Below are positions 28,438 through 38,600 of a stretch of DNA of 64,000 nt, piece after piece. Source of the DNA: Candidatus Dojkabacteria bacterium (lineage in GTDB: Bacteria; Patescibacteriota; Dojkabacteria; SC72; JAFGCJ01). Position numbers and translations under genes: made by a program. Where the stretch lies: the NCBI GenBank assembly GCA_016932785.1, contig JAFGCJ010000001.1:10909-74908 (forward strand), given 5' to 3'. Below the pieces are notes generated by a model. That model ran no database searches and was not told where the DNA came from. It worked only from the letters and a program-made list of their open reading frames with translations. Numbering within the stretch: position 1 is the first letter of the stretch; every line of letters starts with the position of its first letter.

Positions 28438-30552
28438 CTATCTGTGTATTTTTGATTGTTCCCATCTAGCAAGTTGCTGAATTGCAATTGCTGTTCTAGG
28501 TTTTGGATATATGAAGCACGTTCCGTCTCCTCTGCTTAGATTCCATATTATTCCTATCCTATCGAGATATTCCTGAAGTGTACTCAGGTTACCCTCCACT
28601 TCTTCTGCACCTGGTGGTGCTACTGAAAGCTTCCCTTCTCTTGATGCATCGGCCAAACATCTTCCGAGTCTTGATAAGGCCGACCGTACGTTCTCTGGAA
28701 TACCAACTCTCTGAGTATTATGCTGATCTTCCGTTAAGTGCCTGGATAGTGATCGTATAAGATCTATCTTTTCCGCTGTTTGTTTTCTCTGTGTTTCCAA
28801 ACAATGTGTTACAACTGTGTGAGCTAGTCTGTTAAGCATATATTCCTGAGGTAAGGAAGCCATTAGTTGTACTGTTCTAGCAAAAGCTGGCGGGAGAAAT
28901 GATCTGTTACCCCAGAGTGGGTTAACAAAAACAGCGATGTCTCTTGAGTCTCTGAACTGCTGAAGGCCTGAAAGTCTCTCCTGATCGTTTGTAACCACGG
29001 TCCATCCTCCTGGCCCTTTACCGACTTCTGCTCTTATTGTTGGGTCGAATAATGAGTGGAGCTTTCTTTGTTGAGTATCTGGGTCATCGTAGGGTCTGCA
29101 GATATACATGATTTCGTCTGCTGCGAGAGTTGAAAGGCCTAAGATTGCAGGGTCAAATCCACCTGAATATCTTTGTCTGTTAACACCAACTCTGTATGGG
29201 TAGAAACCCCCGCAATCGAAAATATTAAGTATTGTGGCACTTGATGCACTTTTTAGCCAGTGAAGAAGATTAAAGTTATTTGTTGGGAGACCTGCCGTGG
29301 TTTTGCCAAGCCAGGTTTGACATGAAGGTGGAGGTTCAAGTAATGGCATGTCGGTTAATCGTACGGTTCTAGTTCTCCAATATTTCTGGGGGTCTCTGAG
29401 AAATGCTTTTGCTCTTTCAACATCAGTAAATATTCTTGCGTCAATCTGGTCAGCTGAGAAGAGGTCAGCATGGACTCTTCTGGAATATAGGTCTAGTCCA
29501 GCCAATTCGCATGCTTGGGTTACTGTTCTCTGTAGCATAAGTGACATTGGTGTTTTGCCACAGCTGCTTAGCGATGCCAAAATGCTGTTGAATTCTTTGT
29601 TTTCGGATTTTTTTCTTTCTTCTGGTTTTTCAACAAGGTCTTGGATGGTCTGGGATAGCTGGATAATAGTATTAAATAACTCATCGGCATTGTCACCATA
29701 TCGTTCCAGCCAGGAGTTTGTGGTGTCGAGAATCCGGTTTAATGGTTTGTTACATAACGTCCCTGCTAATGCCGATAGCTCAATAACAATATGCTGAGCT
29801 ACTTGCAAGGTTGTCCAGTATTCTGCTGGTAGAGCTTGTTCGCGGATCCTTAGACAAGACACCATTTCAAATTCCTCAGTATGCGCTGGGTCATTCTCTG
29901 GACTGAATATTGTGCCCTCTTCTATTTCTAGAGCGTCACATATGGTAGCAAATTTTTGGGCAAGCGTTGTTCTGGAGTCTGTTACCGACCAGGCAAATGC
30001 CAGTCCTCGCCCAGGAACCCCAGTGTGTGCTCTTAAGATCCATTTTCCTCCGAAATGTAGTACCTCTGGCGCTCCAGCAACTGAATGCCAAGGACTGAAA
30101 GCAGAAGCTTCTCTGAAGCGGTATTTCGTTATTTCCTCGGTGTTTCTCTTTTCAGGAGCTTGTGAAAATTCTTCAAGTAGAGAATTCCTGGCGGCTTCTT
30201 TTTCATCGGCTTCACCAAAATATAGTGCTAGAACCTGTTGGATTGTCTCTTCTGAAACCTCAAAGAACTGTAGTAGCTCAATTAAAAACGGATATACTGA
30301 ATCGGTATCTCGGCCAAGTTGGGGTCCTAAACTTCCCTTGAGTATACCTTCTACAAGAGAGGTTCTTCCCCTTGCAAGAAGGCTTCCAGCCTCCTCTCTC
30401 TCGAGGGGAGATGTACCCGGAGGTTTCATTTGTTGTGTAGGGTCACCTCTCAATTCATCTGGTACTGTACCGTCGTTTTTTGCTTGAGGTGAAGACGGAG
30501 ACCTTTGTGGCTTTTCAGTGGTTGCTTCTATAGGAGGAGCTACACTTACCAT
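28438..30552 (-). CDS. Hypothetical protein (704 aa) with a Pro/Ser/Thr-rich N-terminus
   Basis: Long ORF with no recognised motif. Confidence 0.75.
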   Translation of the reverse strand: MVSVAPPIEATTEKPQRSPSSPQAKNDGTVPDELRGDPTQQMKPPGTSPLEREEAGSLLARGRTSLVEGILKGSLGPQLGRDTDSVYPFLIELLQFFEVSEETIQQVLALYFGEADEKEAARNSLLEEFSQAPEKRNTEEITKYRFREASAFSPWHSVAGAPEVLHFGGKWILRAHTGVPGRGLAFAWSVTDSRTTLAQKFATICDALEIEEGTIFSPENDPAHTEEFEMVSCLRIREQALPAEYWTTLQVAQHIVIELSALAGTLCNKPLNRILDTTNSWLERYGDNADELFNTIIQLSQTIQDLVEKPEERKKSENKEFNSILASLSSCGKTPMSLMLQRTVTQACELAGLDLYSRRVHADLFSADQIDARIFTDVERAKAFLRDPQKYWRTRTVRLTDMPLLEPPPSCQTWLGKTTAGLPTNNFNLLHWLKSASSATILNIFDCGGFYPYRVGVNRQRYSGGFDPAILGLSTLAADEIMYICRPYDDPDTQQRKLHSLFDPTIRAEVGKGPGGWTVVTNDQERLSGLQQFRDSRDIAVFVNPLWGNRSFLPPAFARTVQLMASLPQEYMLNRLAHTVVTHCLETQRKQTAEKIDLIRSLSRHLTEDQHNTQRVGIPENVRSALSRLGRCLADASREGKLSVAPPGAEEVEGNLSTLQEYLDRIGIIWNLSRGDGTCFIYPKPRTAIAIQQLARWEQSKIHR

Positions 30553-30588
30553 TAATTTGAGTGAGTTACATTTATTTCTGGCAGAGTT

Positions 30589-31872
30589 TTAAGAAATGTG
30601 AAGTTTAAAACCTTTTCCTTTTATGGTTACGAGGTGTTTATGGGGTTTGGCGGAATCTTTGATTTTCTTTCTTATTCTTGAAATTGTTTTGTCTATTGCC
30701 CAATCTGAGTAATTTTCAAGATAGGCATTTCCCCATATAAGCTTTGCAATTTCGTCACGGGTTGTTACATTTTGATCATTTTTCTTCATGTAATCTATGA
30801 TTTTTAGCTCGGTTTCAGACAAAATTTGAGAATGTCTCTTGCCATTTATGTAAATTTCTCCAGAAGCGGCATCAATACGGAGCTTTTGATCATTGACTGC
30901 TGTATCTTCACCTTTATCAGCGGGTTTCTCTGGTGTTTTGGACTTTTTCTCTTTGCTGTATATATTAAGTAAATAGTATTCTATTAGTTTACTTCGGATT
31001 TCACCCTTTGGAGTTAATATGCCTGACTTTGAAATGTAGTTGGAAATCTTTGATTTGTCAGGGGCCTTTTTTCTAGCGATTTCAGCTAGGGTTTCAATCT
31101 CATCTTGAGTAAAAGATTGGACGATGTATTGAACCCTTTGTCTAAGTACTGTGCCTTCTAGTAGACTTTTGGGTGAAAAGTCTATTTCTCCTTCTGAGCT
31201 CAGATACCGAAGAGATGAGGTTATAAGGCCGAAGATTCCTCCGCTTAATTCCAGAAGTTTTTTGAGGTTTTCTTCCTTGGCAAGTTCGTCTGAATAAGAA
31301 AGTGCCAGGTCTTTTATGATGTCGGTGTCCCCCTCCTCTGATGGTTGGGAAACATACTCGATGTGACATGCGAAATCGATGAAGTTAGGAAATTCCTTGT
31401 AATGTGGGTCTTCGTGCAGAGGTCTATCCGAAACGAAAATGAAGCAAAGTTTTCCTAGAAATCTGTCTCTAAGTGCTCTAAATGTAGAGAGAAAAGATTC
31501 ATCAAGGAATGTCAGATCTCTTAACGTATCAACAATAATGCATACTTTCTGGTTGTTTTCTGTTATTTTATGAATTAGTTGTCTGACTTTAAGAAAAGGC
31601 TTTGCGGGAAGGCTGTCCTTATCGATATCTTTTACGTGAAGCATTAATTCGCTTGAAAGGAGTTCGTAGAAGCTTTCAGAAGATTGATCGGTGAGGCTTT
31701 GGGAATCAAGATATATTATCAAAATATCCTTTTTTGCGCTAAAACTTCTCAGTGAAGTTGATGTACCTGCAAGAGGTAATCCCCATACATTTATGCTGTC
31801 CCCTCTCGAGATATGGTCTTCAAAGGAGTTTTTCAGATTGACTATGTTTCTCTCTATTCGTTTGTCTTCCAT
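30589..31872 (-). CDS. Degenerate P-loop/AAA-like domain fused to an OmpR/PhoB-type winged-helix DNA-binding domain
   Basis: GLPLAGTST (Walker A without Lys), CIIVD; C-terminal LSETELKII...TRDEIAKLIWG...DWAIDKTISRIRKKI...TIKGKGF. Confidence 0.85.
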   Translation of the reverse strand: MEDKRIERNIVNLKNSFEDHISRGDSINVWGLPLAGTSTSLRSFSAKKDILIIYLDSQSLTDQSSESFYELLSSELMLHVKDIDKDSLPAKPFLKVRQLIHKITENNQKVCIIVDTLRDLTFLDESFLSTFRALRDRFLGKLCFIFVSDRPLHEDPHYKEFPNFIDFACHIEYVSQPSEEGDTDIIKDLALSYSDELAKEENLKKLLELSGGIFGLITSSLRYLSSEGEIDFSPKSLLEGTVLRQRVQYIVQSFTQDEIETLAEIARKKAPDKSKISNYISKSGILTPKGEIRSKLIEYYLLNIYSKEKKSKTPEKPADKGEDTAVNDQKLRIDAASGEIYINGKRHSQILSETELKIIDYMKKNDQNVTTRDEIAKLIWGNAYLENYSDWAIDKTISRIRKKIKDSAKPHKHLVTIKGKGFKLHIS

Positions 31873-32025
31873 AGCTGTAGTAAATTTTCTTTACTTGTAG
31901 CAAATATTATACTGTTTTATCAGGTCGTGGTCAAGTTGATGTCAGTTTCAAGTCAAGGGGGTGGATATGTTAAGATAATGTTGTTAGAAAAGGAAATTCT
32001 TAGAGGCAACAATACTGAGCAGTTC

Positions 32026-32619
32026 TTAGTATAAATTCTGTTCTTTTATATACTCGTCGACCTTGGGTACAGGATGTTTGCCACCCTGTGACAGTATGGC
32101 CCTGATAAAGACGGAGGAGTCTCGTGAAATCTCGGGAATTATTTTGTAGTTGCCGGTTAGGTACATGGGATAGTTACCGGATGTTGAATTTCTCTGTACT
32201 ATGATATGTGAAATATGGCCAATATCTGTGTTATAACCATAATCGAATGAGTCAGAGCCGCAAACGATGAAGGTACTTATTTTTGAACTTTCCAGATCTT
32301 CTGATATCTTTGCAAACTCAATACTTTGGACTCCTAAGTCATAATTTTCGGGGCACAAAAGTATTTTCTCAGAAAGCGGAGAGTCCTCCGATAAGAGAGA
32401 AAGAAGATTTCTTCTGTGTTCGAGCGGAGCTAATCTGTTCTTTTTTCTTGGATTAAATGAATGTGGGCAGAAAACAAAGTAATCTGTATATTCTGCCAGA
32501 ATTTTCTCAGCAATTCGCAGATGTCCCATATGAGGCGGGTTGAAAGATCCTGCAAAGAATGCCACCTTTGACGGGGCAAGTTCTTTTATACTTTCCATGC
32601 TTGGAAGTGTTTTATTCAT
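32026..32619 (-). CDS. NadD-like nucleotidyltransferase (cytidyltransferase-like fold)
   Basis: FAGSFNPPHMGH, VCGSD, DSSVFIR, VDEYIKEQNLY. Confidence 0.85.
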   Translation of the reverse strand: MNKTLPSMESIKELAPSKVAFFAGSFNPPHMGHLRIAEKILAEYTDYFVFCPHSFNPRKKNRLAPLEHRRNLLSLLSEDSPLSEKILLCPENYDLGVQSIEFAKISEDLESSKISTFIVCGSDSFDYGYNTDIGHISHIIVQRNSTSGNYPMYLTGNYKIIPEISRDSSVFIRAILSQGGKHPVPKVDEYIKEQNLY

Positions 32620-32687
32620 TGGATTCCTGCGGTTTAAGGGTTTTTTGTGCTACTTTGGTCCCTCTTAAAATTGGGGCCAATGCAATT

Positions 32688-33146
32688 TTAATATATTTCG
32701 ATTATCTTATATTCTGTCTTTCCTGAGGGTGTTGGAACCTCTACTTTTTCTCCTTCTTTTTTACCAACTATAACTTTCCCTATCGGTGAGTCTGTTGAAA
32801 TCTTGCCTTCCCTCGGGTTGGCTTCGACTGATTCTACTATCTGCAGGACTCTGCATAGTGTGTGGTTTGATAGCTTCACTACGCAACCGGTAGTTACTCT
32901 GTTATGCTTGTGTTGAGTTATTTTTTTAGTGTTTTCAAGAATTTCAGAGATTTCATTAATTCTTGATTTAAGAAACATACGCTCTCGAACAAGCTCGTGA
33001 TATTCTGTGTTCTCGAGTGTACTTTCCCCTTCGGCATTTTCTTCAAGTTGGTTTGTAAGCCGATTTACCTTAACCTGAAGCTGGTCTTTTTTTAGCTTTA
33101 GTTGTTTGATTCCATCTTGTGTTAACTCATGTTTTGGCTGGCACAT
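32688..33146 (-). CDS. greA: GreA/GreB-family elongation factor
   Basis: LTQDG, LENTEY, EANPREGKISTDSPIGKVIVGKKEGEKVEVPTPSG. Confidence 0.9.
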   Translation of the reverse strand: MCQPKHELTQDGIKQLKLKKDQLQVKVNRLTNQLEENAEGESTLENTEYHELVRERMFLKSRINEISEILENTKKITQHKHNRVTTGCVVKLSNHTLCRVLQIVESVEANPREGKISTDSPIGKVIVGKKEGEKVEVPTPSGKTEYKIIEIY

Positions 33147-33334
33147 TTCTCTTTCTAGTTGAATTTACTATTGAGGATGATAGTATGCCTGGAGTCTTTC
33201 AGCTTGATGTGATCTGGATTCAATTCTGACGGGGGAAATTGTGTGAAAGTGCCGTTACGATGGGGTTTCGGTGGTGACTCCAGTATTTTGATCGTTGTCT
33301 GACAGATGGGAGGATTGAGGATTTAGGATAGTAA

Positions 33335-35617
33335 CTAAGTTTGCCGTACCAGTTGTAAAGAGAACGATTGATGTTCATCGGAGTGGTTGGTTCCTGGCCC
33401 TACTACATATGTTACTTCTCCAAGAGTAACGGTTGATCCTTTCTCTAGTGCGGCAATTTCGCCCAGCTCAAGCTTGACACCATTTACCATTGTTCCATTT
33501 GTACTACCGTTGTCTTCAATGAAAATTCCAATATCTGTTCCATAAACTTTTGCGTGGAGTCTAGAAATACTATTAGTCGTGTCATCTGTTGCCCATGCAA
33601 CGTCAAGATACTTTCCTTGCTCGGTGAGATCGCCAGAAACCGTTGGATCTTCTCTACCAATATATACTTCTTTCCCGAATGGAAGCGGTCCCACCGTAAA
33701 TATTCTGGGTTCTAGATCATCAGCCTGAGCTTCAAGTGCTTGTCCTGTTACATCAGAAACAATTTGCAGAAGTTCTTCTTCGGAAATTGATTCAGCTGGG
33801 TAATGGTAGCCGTCTGGTTCTACCAGTGAGACGGAGCAATTATCTGATCCGTCGATAGTGTTAGCCAAAGAAATAAGCGAATCGGCTGCTGCAGTGCCTG
33901 ATTGCTGGCTTAATATAGTACCAATCATTTGCTCTCTCTGCTTTATGTCATCAGGGCTATTCAAATCTCCGTAAAGTCCGTCAGAACATAGCAGTAATCT
34001 TTGACCCGGTTCGAGTCTGACAATTGATGAGGATGGTTTAACTTTTGGGTTTCCCACTGCCTGGGTGAGGGCATGTCTATGTTTTTCCGAAGTGTGGTCT
34101 TCTGAGAGTTGTGTTAGTGTACCGTCAGTGTTAACTAGGTATACCCGGGTATCGCCGACATTTGCGACTATTGCTGTCTCACCTATAAGAAGGGCCCCAG
34201 AGAATGTAGAACCGGAGTCTTCTAGACGACACCATCCTGATATATCTGTACTTGTGTTGGTGATTGTTGTAACGAAGAGATCACGTATTAAAGATGCCTC
34301 TTCATCAGATAGTTGTTCTGTTGTCTTTCCAGTACAAATTCTGGAGACCTTCATCGCGAGCTCATTGCCGAGCTTTGCAAGAGTGTTAGTTACCTCTCTA
34401 GTAACAGCGTTAACAACCATTCTTGATGCGACGTCGCCTTTCTCGTGTCCTCCCATTCCGTCGGCATCGATTACAAGTGTTGGACCTTCAAGAGGTGTGT
34501 CAAGGACAAAAGACATTTCTGCTTCGGGATCTTCTACTAGCTCGACTACAACGGGAAGCATTGTTGCGTTGTTATTGTCTTCTTGTGATGGTCTTACTTC
34601 TCCGATGTGAAGGCCTTCTGTACACGTGTATCTTCCTGGTCTTTGCTGTCGGATCTCAGCACCAGATAGAGGCCCTTTTTCTGAGCTGATGCGAGTGATT
34701 AGTAGATTTCTGTGGACATCAATAGCTATTTGCCGATTAGGCCCTTCAATAAGTGATACTCGTGAAAGACCGCTGTTTTCTCTGGAAAATGGTCTGGTTT
34801 GTGTACTTCTCTCTCCTGAGAATGAAATGATAGGAAGAATTCCTCGAATGTCTGGATCGTATCTGAGGAGATATTGATGGCCATATTCTGTTAGAACATG
34901 GTAATCCACTTCCTCATCTTCTGAACCAAGAGGCAACTCTAGTGATTGTCCCGGCCTAATAAGGACCGGCTCCCCATTCTCTAATTTCTCTTGTACCGTC
35001 TTTTCTCTGGCCTGGTTTGGCCGTTCTATAACATGAATATATACCATCGTGTTCCCAACCTTAACAAGATCCCATTCTGGATGTTCAGATCTTTTTCCTA
35101 GTTCTAAACAGCACTGTGCTGGAGTTACCTGTCCGTGTGGGAATCCGGGGTGTGGTTTGTCTGTTACCGCTGATGTCCCGGTGGAGAACATTAGTACTCG
35201 TTCACTTTTTTTATCACTGTGAAGATAAATTTGCTGACCATTAAGGTGCATATCGGGCTCTGTCTGTGAGACCTGTTCTTGGGTAGTATGATTTCCCTGC
35301 TGTTCTGCAGGAGGCCATTCTGCTTCCTTACCGCCTAACTGTAGGTCAAAGCTATTGCTCTCTAGGGTACCTGCATTAATTTCTAGAACAAGAGCGCGTT
35401 GTCCTGTTGGTAGCTCAACTGATGATAACTGGGCGGCCCAGGGGGCTTCTGGCGCTGTTCCCTGTCCAGCTTCGGCACAATTGTAGGTCTGGATTACATT
35501 TTTAGGTAGTAAATCGAGGAGTTCTGTTGAAATTTCTCTGGCCCTAGTAGTTTCGGCTGTTTTTGGGGCTTCTTGCGGGGTTCTCTCTGCTGTTTTAGCG
35601 TCTTGTTCAGAAGACAT
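33335..35617 (-). CDS. PP2C-family Ser/Thr phosphatase with C-terminal FHA domain
   Basis: RPSQED, ADGMGGH, ANVGDTRVY, QLSEDH, LLCSDGL, DNCS; FHA motifs IGR...SISRLHA...DNGSTNGTMVNG. Confidence 0.93.
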   Translation of the reverse strand: MSSEQDAKTAERTPQEAPKTAETTRAREISTELLDLLPKNVIQTYNCAEAGQGTAPEAPWAAQLSSVELPTGQRALVLEINAGTLESNSFDLQLGGKEAEWPPAEQQGNHTTQEQVSQTEPDMHLNGQQIYLHSDKKSERVLMFSTGTSAVTDKPHPGFPHGQVTPAQCCLELGKRSEHPEWDLVKVGNTMVYIHVIERPNQAREKTVQEKLENGEPVLIRPGQSLELPLGSEDEEVDYHVLTEYGHQYLLRYDPDIRGILPIISFSGERSTQTRPFSRENSGLSRVSLIEGPNRQIAIDVHRNLLITRISSEKGPLSGAEIRQQRPGRYTCTEGLHIGEVRPSQEDNNNATMLPVVVELVEDPEAEMSFVLDTPLEGPTLVIDADGMGGHEKGDVASRMVVNAVTREVTNTLAKLGNELAMKVSRICTGKTTEQLSDEEASLIRDLFVTTITNTSTDISGWCRLEDSGSTFSGALLIGETAIVANVGDTRVYLVNTDGTLTQLSEDHTSEKHRHALTQAVGNPKVKPSSSIVRLEPGQRLLLCSDGLYGDLNSPDDIKQREQMIGTILSQQSGTAAADSLISLANTIDGSDNCSVSLVEPDGYHYPAESISEEELLQIVSDVTGQALEAQADDLEPRIFTVGPLPFGKEVYIGREDPTVSGDLTEQGKYLDVAWATDDTTNSISRLHAKVYGTDIGIFIEDNGSTNGTMVNGVKLELGEIAALEKGSTVTLGEVTYVVGPGTNHSDEHQSFSLQLVRQT

Positions 35618-35648
35618 ATTTCAGTATAGTAGTTTTTATATATTTCTA

Positions 35649-38600
35649 CTATACAGCTTGTGTGGCTTCAGGCGCAACATCAAAGGGTGATGCTTCTTCT
35701 GGAGGTGCTTCGGGTTCAGAAGGTTCTGCTGGGGGTTCTTCTGGAGCTGCCTGAGCTTCAGATCGATTCTCATCTGCGTCTAAGGGCGAACCATTGAATG
35801 TTGTACGGAATTCCGTATCTACTTCTCTATAAACGCGGATTCCTATTTTTCTGAATTCCGGGTGCTTTTCATGTACGAACTCCAGTCGTAGCTCTGTGAT
35901 TGCATTCAATGTGTCTGCATCATTATAATCGAGCCTCTTGCTAAGTGGTATATATTCACGGTAGAAAGCTGTGTATGCTGCTTCGGCCTCCTCTTCAGTC
36001 TCAGCATTCTCTATTGCCTTTAATAGTGCCTCACCCTCGGGGAAGAGGTCCTCGGGGATCTCCTGTTTCTCTTCGGCTTCAGCTTTGGGCTGCTTTTCTT
36101 CTCGGTATTCTGGTATTTCCCTTTTTGTTACTTCACTCACTACCGGCCTGGTGGGGCGTTCTCCGGATATAACCTTCATGTAGAGGACCTGATACCTTAC
36201 TCTTTCATCTCCTACATTTGGTCCAAGATCATTTACCCAATCGGATGGTTCACCTTCCGCTGCTCCGGTGTCGACTAAGTGCTGTGCAAATCTCACTGCG
36301 TCCTCCCTTGTTTGGAATCCTCCTCCCGCAAGGTTTTCTCCATTATAGTTACCTCTTGCTATATTACCGTTATAACTCTCAATAGTTTCTCTGATATCGC
36401 CCTTGGTGAAACGCTCTCTCCATTCTTTATTTTCTGTAACGACAATCCTTGGCAGGTTTGGGTTTGGAAGCTCTCGCTCTGCAGTTTCTGTTCCAGGTTC
36501 TTCCGCGGTGGCGACTTCTTCTACGACAAGTCTATATCTTCTCTGTCGCGTTTTCTCTCTTGTTGCTGGGTCGGGTACCTCTCTCTTATCTGGTTCTCCC
36601 ATATCTTCAACTCTTGTTTGGGCTCCTTCCTCTATAACTCCCTTTTCTCTTAGATAAGTCTCGAATGCCTGTGCGGCTTCAGCACTTCTAAAGCCGACTA
36701 TTTCGCCTTCGCTGGTTCTTCTGTCCCTTCCTATTGTATATCCCCTGTCAGGCCATCTTGTCTGCTTTTCATTAAATTCTCTAAGGCTTGCTCGTATTTG
36801 GGCTTCTAGCGGGTGTTCTGGGCGTTGTGCCGTAGGGGCTTCACGTTGTGCGGTCTCTCTTGCCGCGGCAGTTGTTGTTGGTTGTGGTGTTGTTGTCGCG
36901 GTCGGTACAGGTGCCGCTGGTCTTGCAGGTGGTCTTGTTGCAGGTTCTGTTCCAGCGGGTTCTCTTGTTCCCGTGGTGGGTCGCACCGGTGCAGTTGTCA
37001 GAGGTTGGCGTCCGACTCGTCTCATAGTTTCTCCGACAGGTACTGTTCCAGCTCCTGTTGTTCTAGCTCTGGCTGCCCTTGCAGCTTGCTCTCGTAACTG
37101 GGCTGTAGCTCTTCCTGCCTGCTCTCTTCCTTCATCTATTTGTGTCTGTAAGTTTGCAATTCGATCTCTGAGATCTTGTGTCATTTCTGCTGTTGCACCA
37201 GGTCTTCTGGTTCTAGTACCCCCAGCTTGAGGGCGAGGTGCTGCCGGTTCCGCGGGGGGGGCTGGTTCAGCAGGTTCCTCCGGTTCTACCGTTGCCTCGC
37301 CTCTTCGAAACATTACCCGATATCTTCTGTCGTTATGCTCTCGGCGAGCTGCTCGATCGAGTCCTTCTGCTGGATTTCCAGAGTCCTGTACTAGCGTTTC
37401 TGGATTATCTAATTCTACGATACCGGCCTCGACTAATCTTTGTGCAAATCTTGCAGCTTGTCTTCTTGTTCTGAATCCGAATCCAGTTTGTTCATCGTCG
37501 CCTTCACCTTCTGTAAATCGAGTTGCTCTTTGGCCGGCATGAGTGGCTACTCTAGCCATTGTAGCGTTCCCAACGGCACCCAATGGTATTACCGGTACCA
37601 CAGGGGCTCCCGGTTCAGCAGTTTCCTCTACTACGGCTCTACCTGCTAAGGCTCTTCCAGCGTTTCGTACTCTTGTTCCTGCCTCTCGGGCTGCTTCTCT
37701 CGCTCGTTGTCCAATACCAGGCCTGGCCTCTCCTTCTCTTTCTTCTGCCTGACCTCTAACTTGCTGGTCAAAATCTCCCCTTGCGGCCCTTGCAACTGCT
37801 CGTGCTCTTGTTCCTACTCTGCCTTGCGTTCTGCCGTCTCCATCTTTAGTGTCGTCAGGGGCGTAAACAGCCTGTCCTGCAACTGCGGCCGTTGCGGCGA
37901 ATGCACCTTTAACAATGTTATTTCCTGTTCTCATTAAGGCAGCGTAAAAGTTACCTGAACCCTGGGAACTTGCAAGAAGGAATGATCTTTGTGCCGCTAT
38001 AAGGGCAGCCTCTCTCTGAGCTTCTGCCATTGCCTGTGCTAGAGCATCAAGCTCGGTGGAACAGTTATATCCCTCCTGTGCAAGGCCAAACATTGTGTTG
38101 TTAAATGCTTCGACTGTCATTGTTCCCGCGGTTTTGGTTACCTCTCCTGCGACTTCTAGATCAAATGCGGGATTTGCAATTGCATCTTCAACAGACATTT
38201 GTCCTGTAAGGATTGCGTTGAAAGCTCTTGCGCCATCTCCATCGGCCTGGTTGAGCGATTCCAGCGTTACGCCAGCGTCATGTAGTTTCTCAAATGTATC
38301 CTCAATTGCCATACCACCCCCGAATTGTCCGGGTTCTCCGGTGCCTACGTTTAATCCATGAATTTTTCCGCCGTAACCCCAGTCTAGTTCTTTCATAAGA
38401 TCCGGGTTATCCCAGTTATCGAGGTGGAGTTCATCGTAGGAGCTGAAGCCTGTTGAAGGAACCTTCACAACCTCACCTGTTCGTTCGGTTACGGTCTTTA
38501 TGACATCGTCACCGAGAAGAGCCTGGACTTTTGCCAGCTCTTCACCTCGTAATACTCCGTCTCCATCGTCAATGGTTTCGAATATTCTATTTATTACCCT

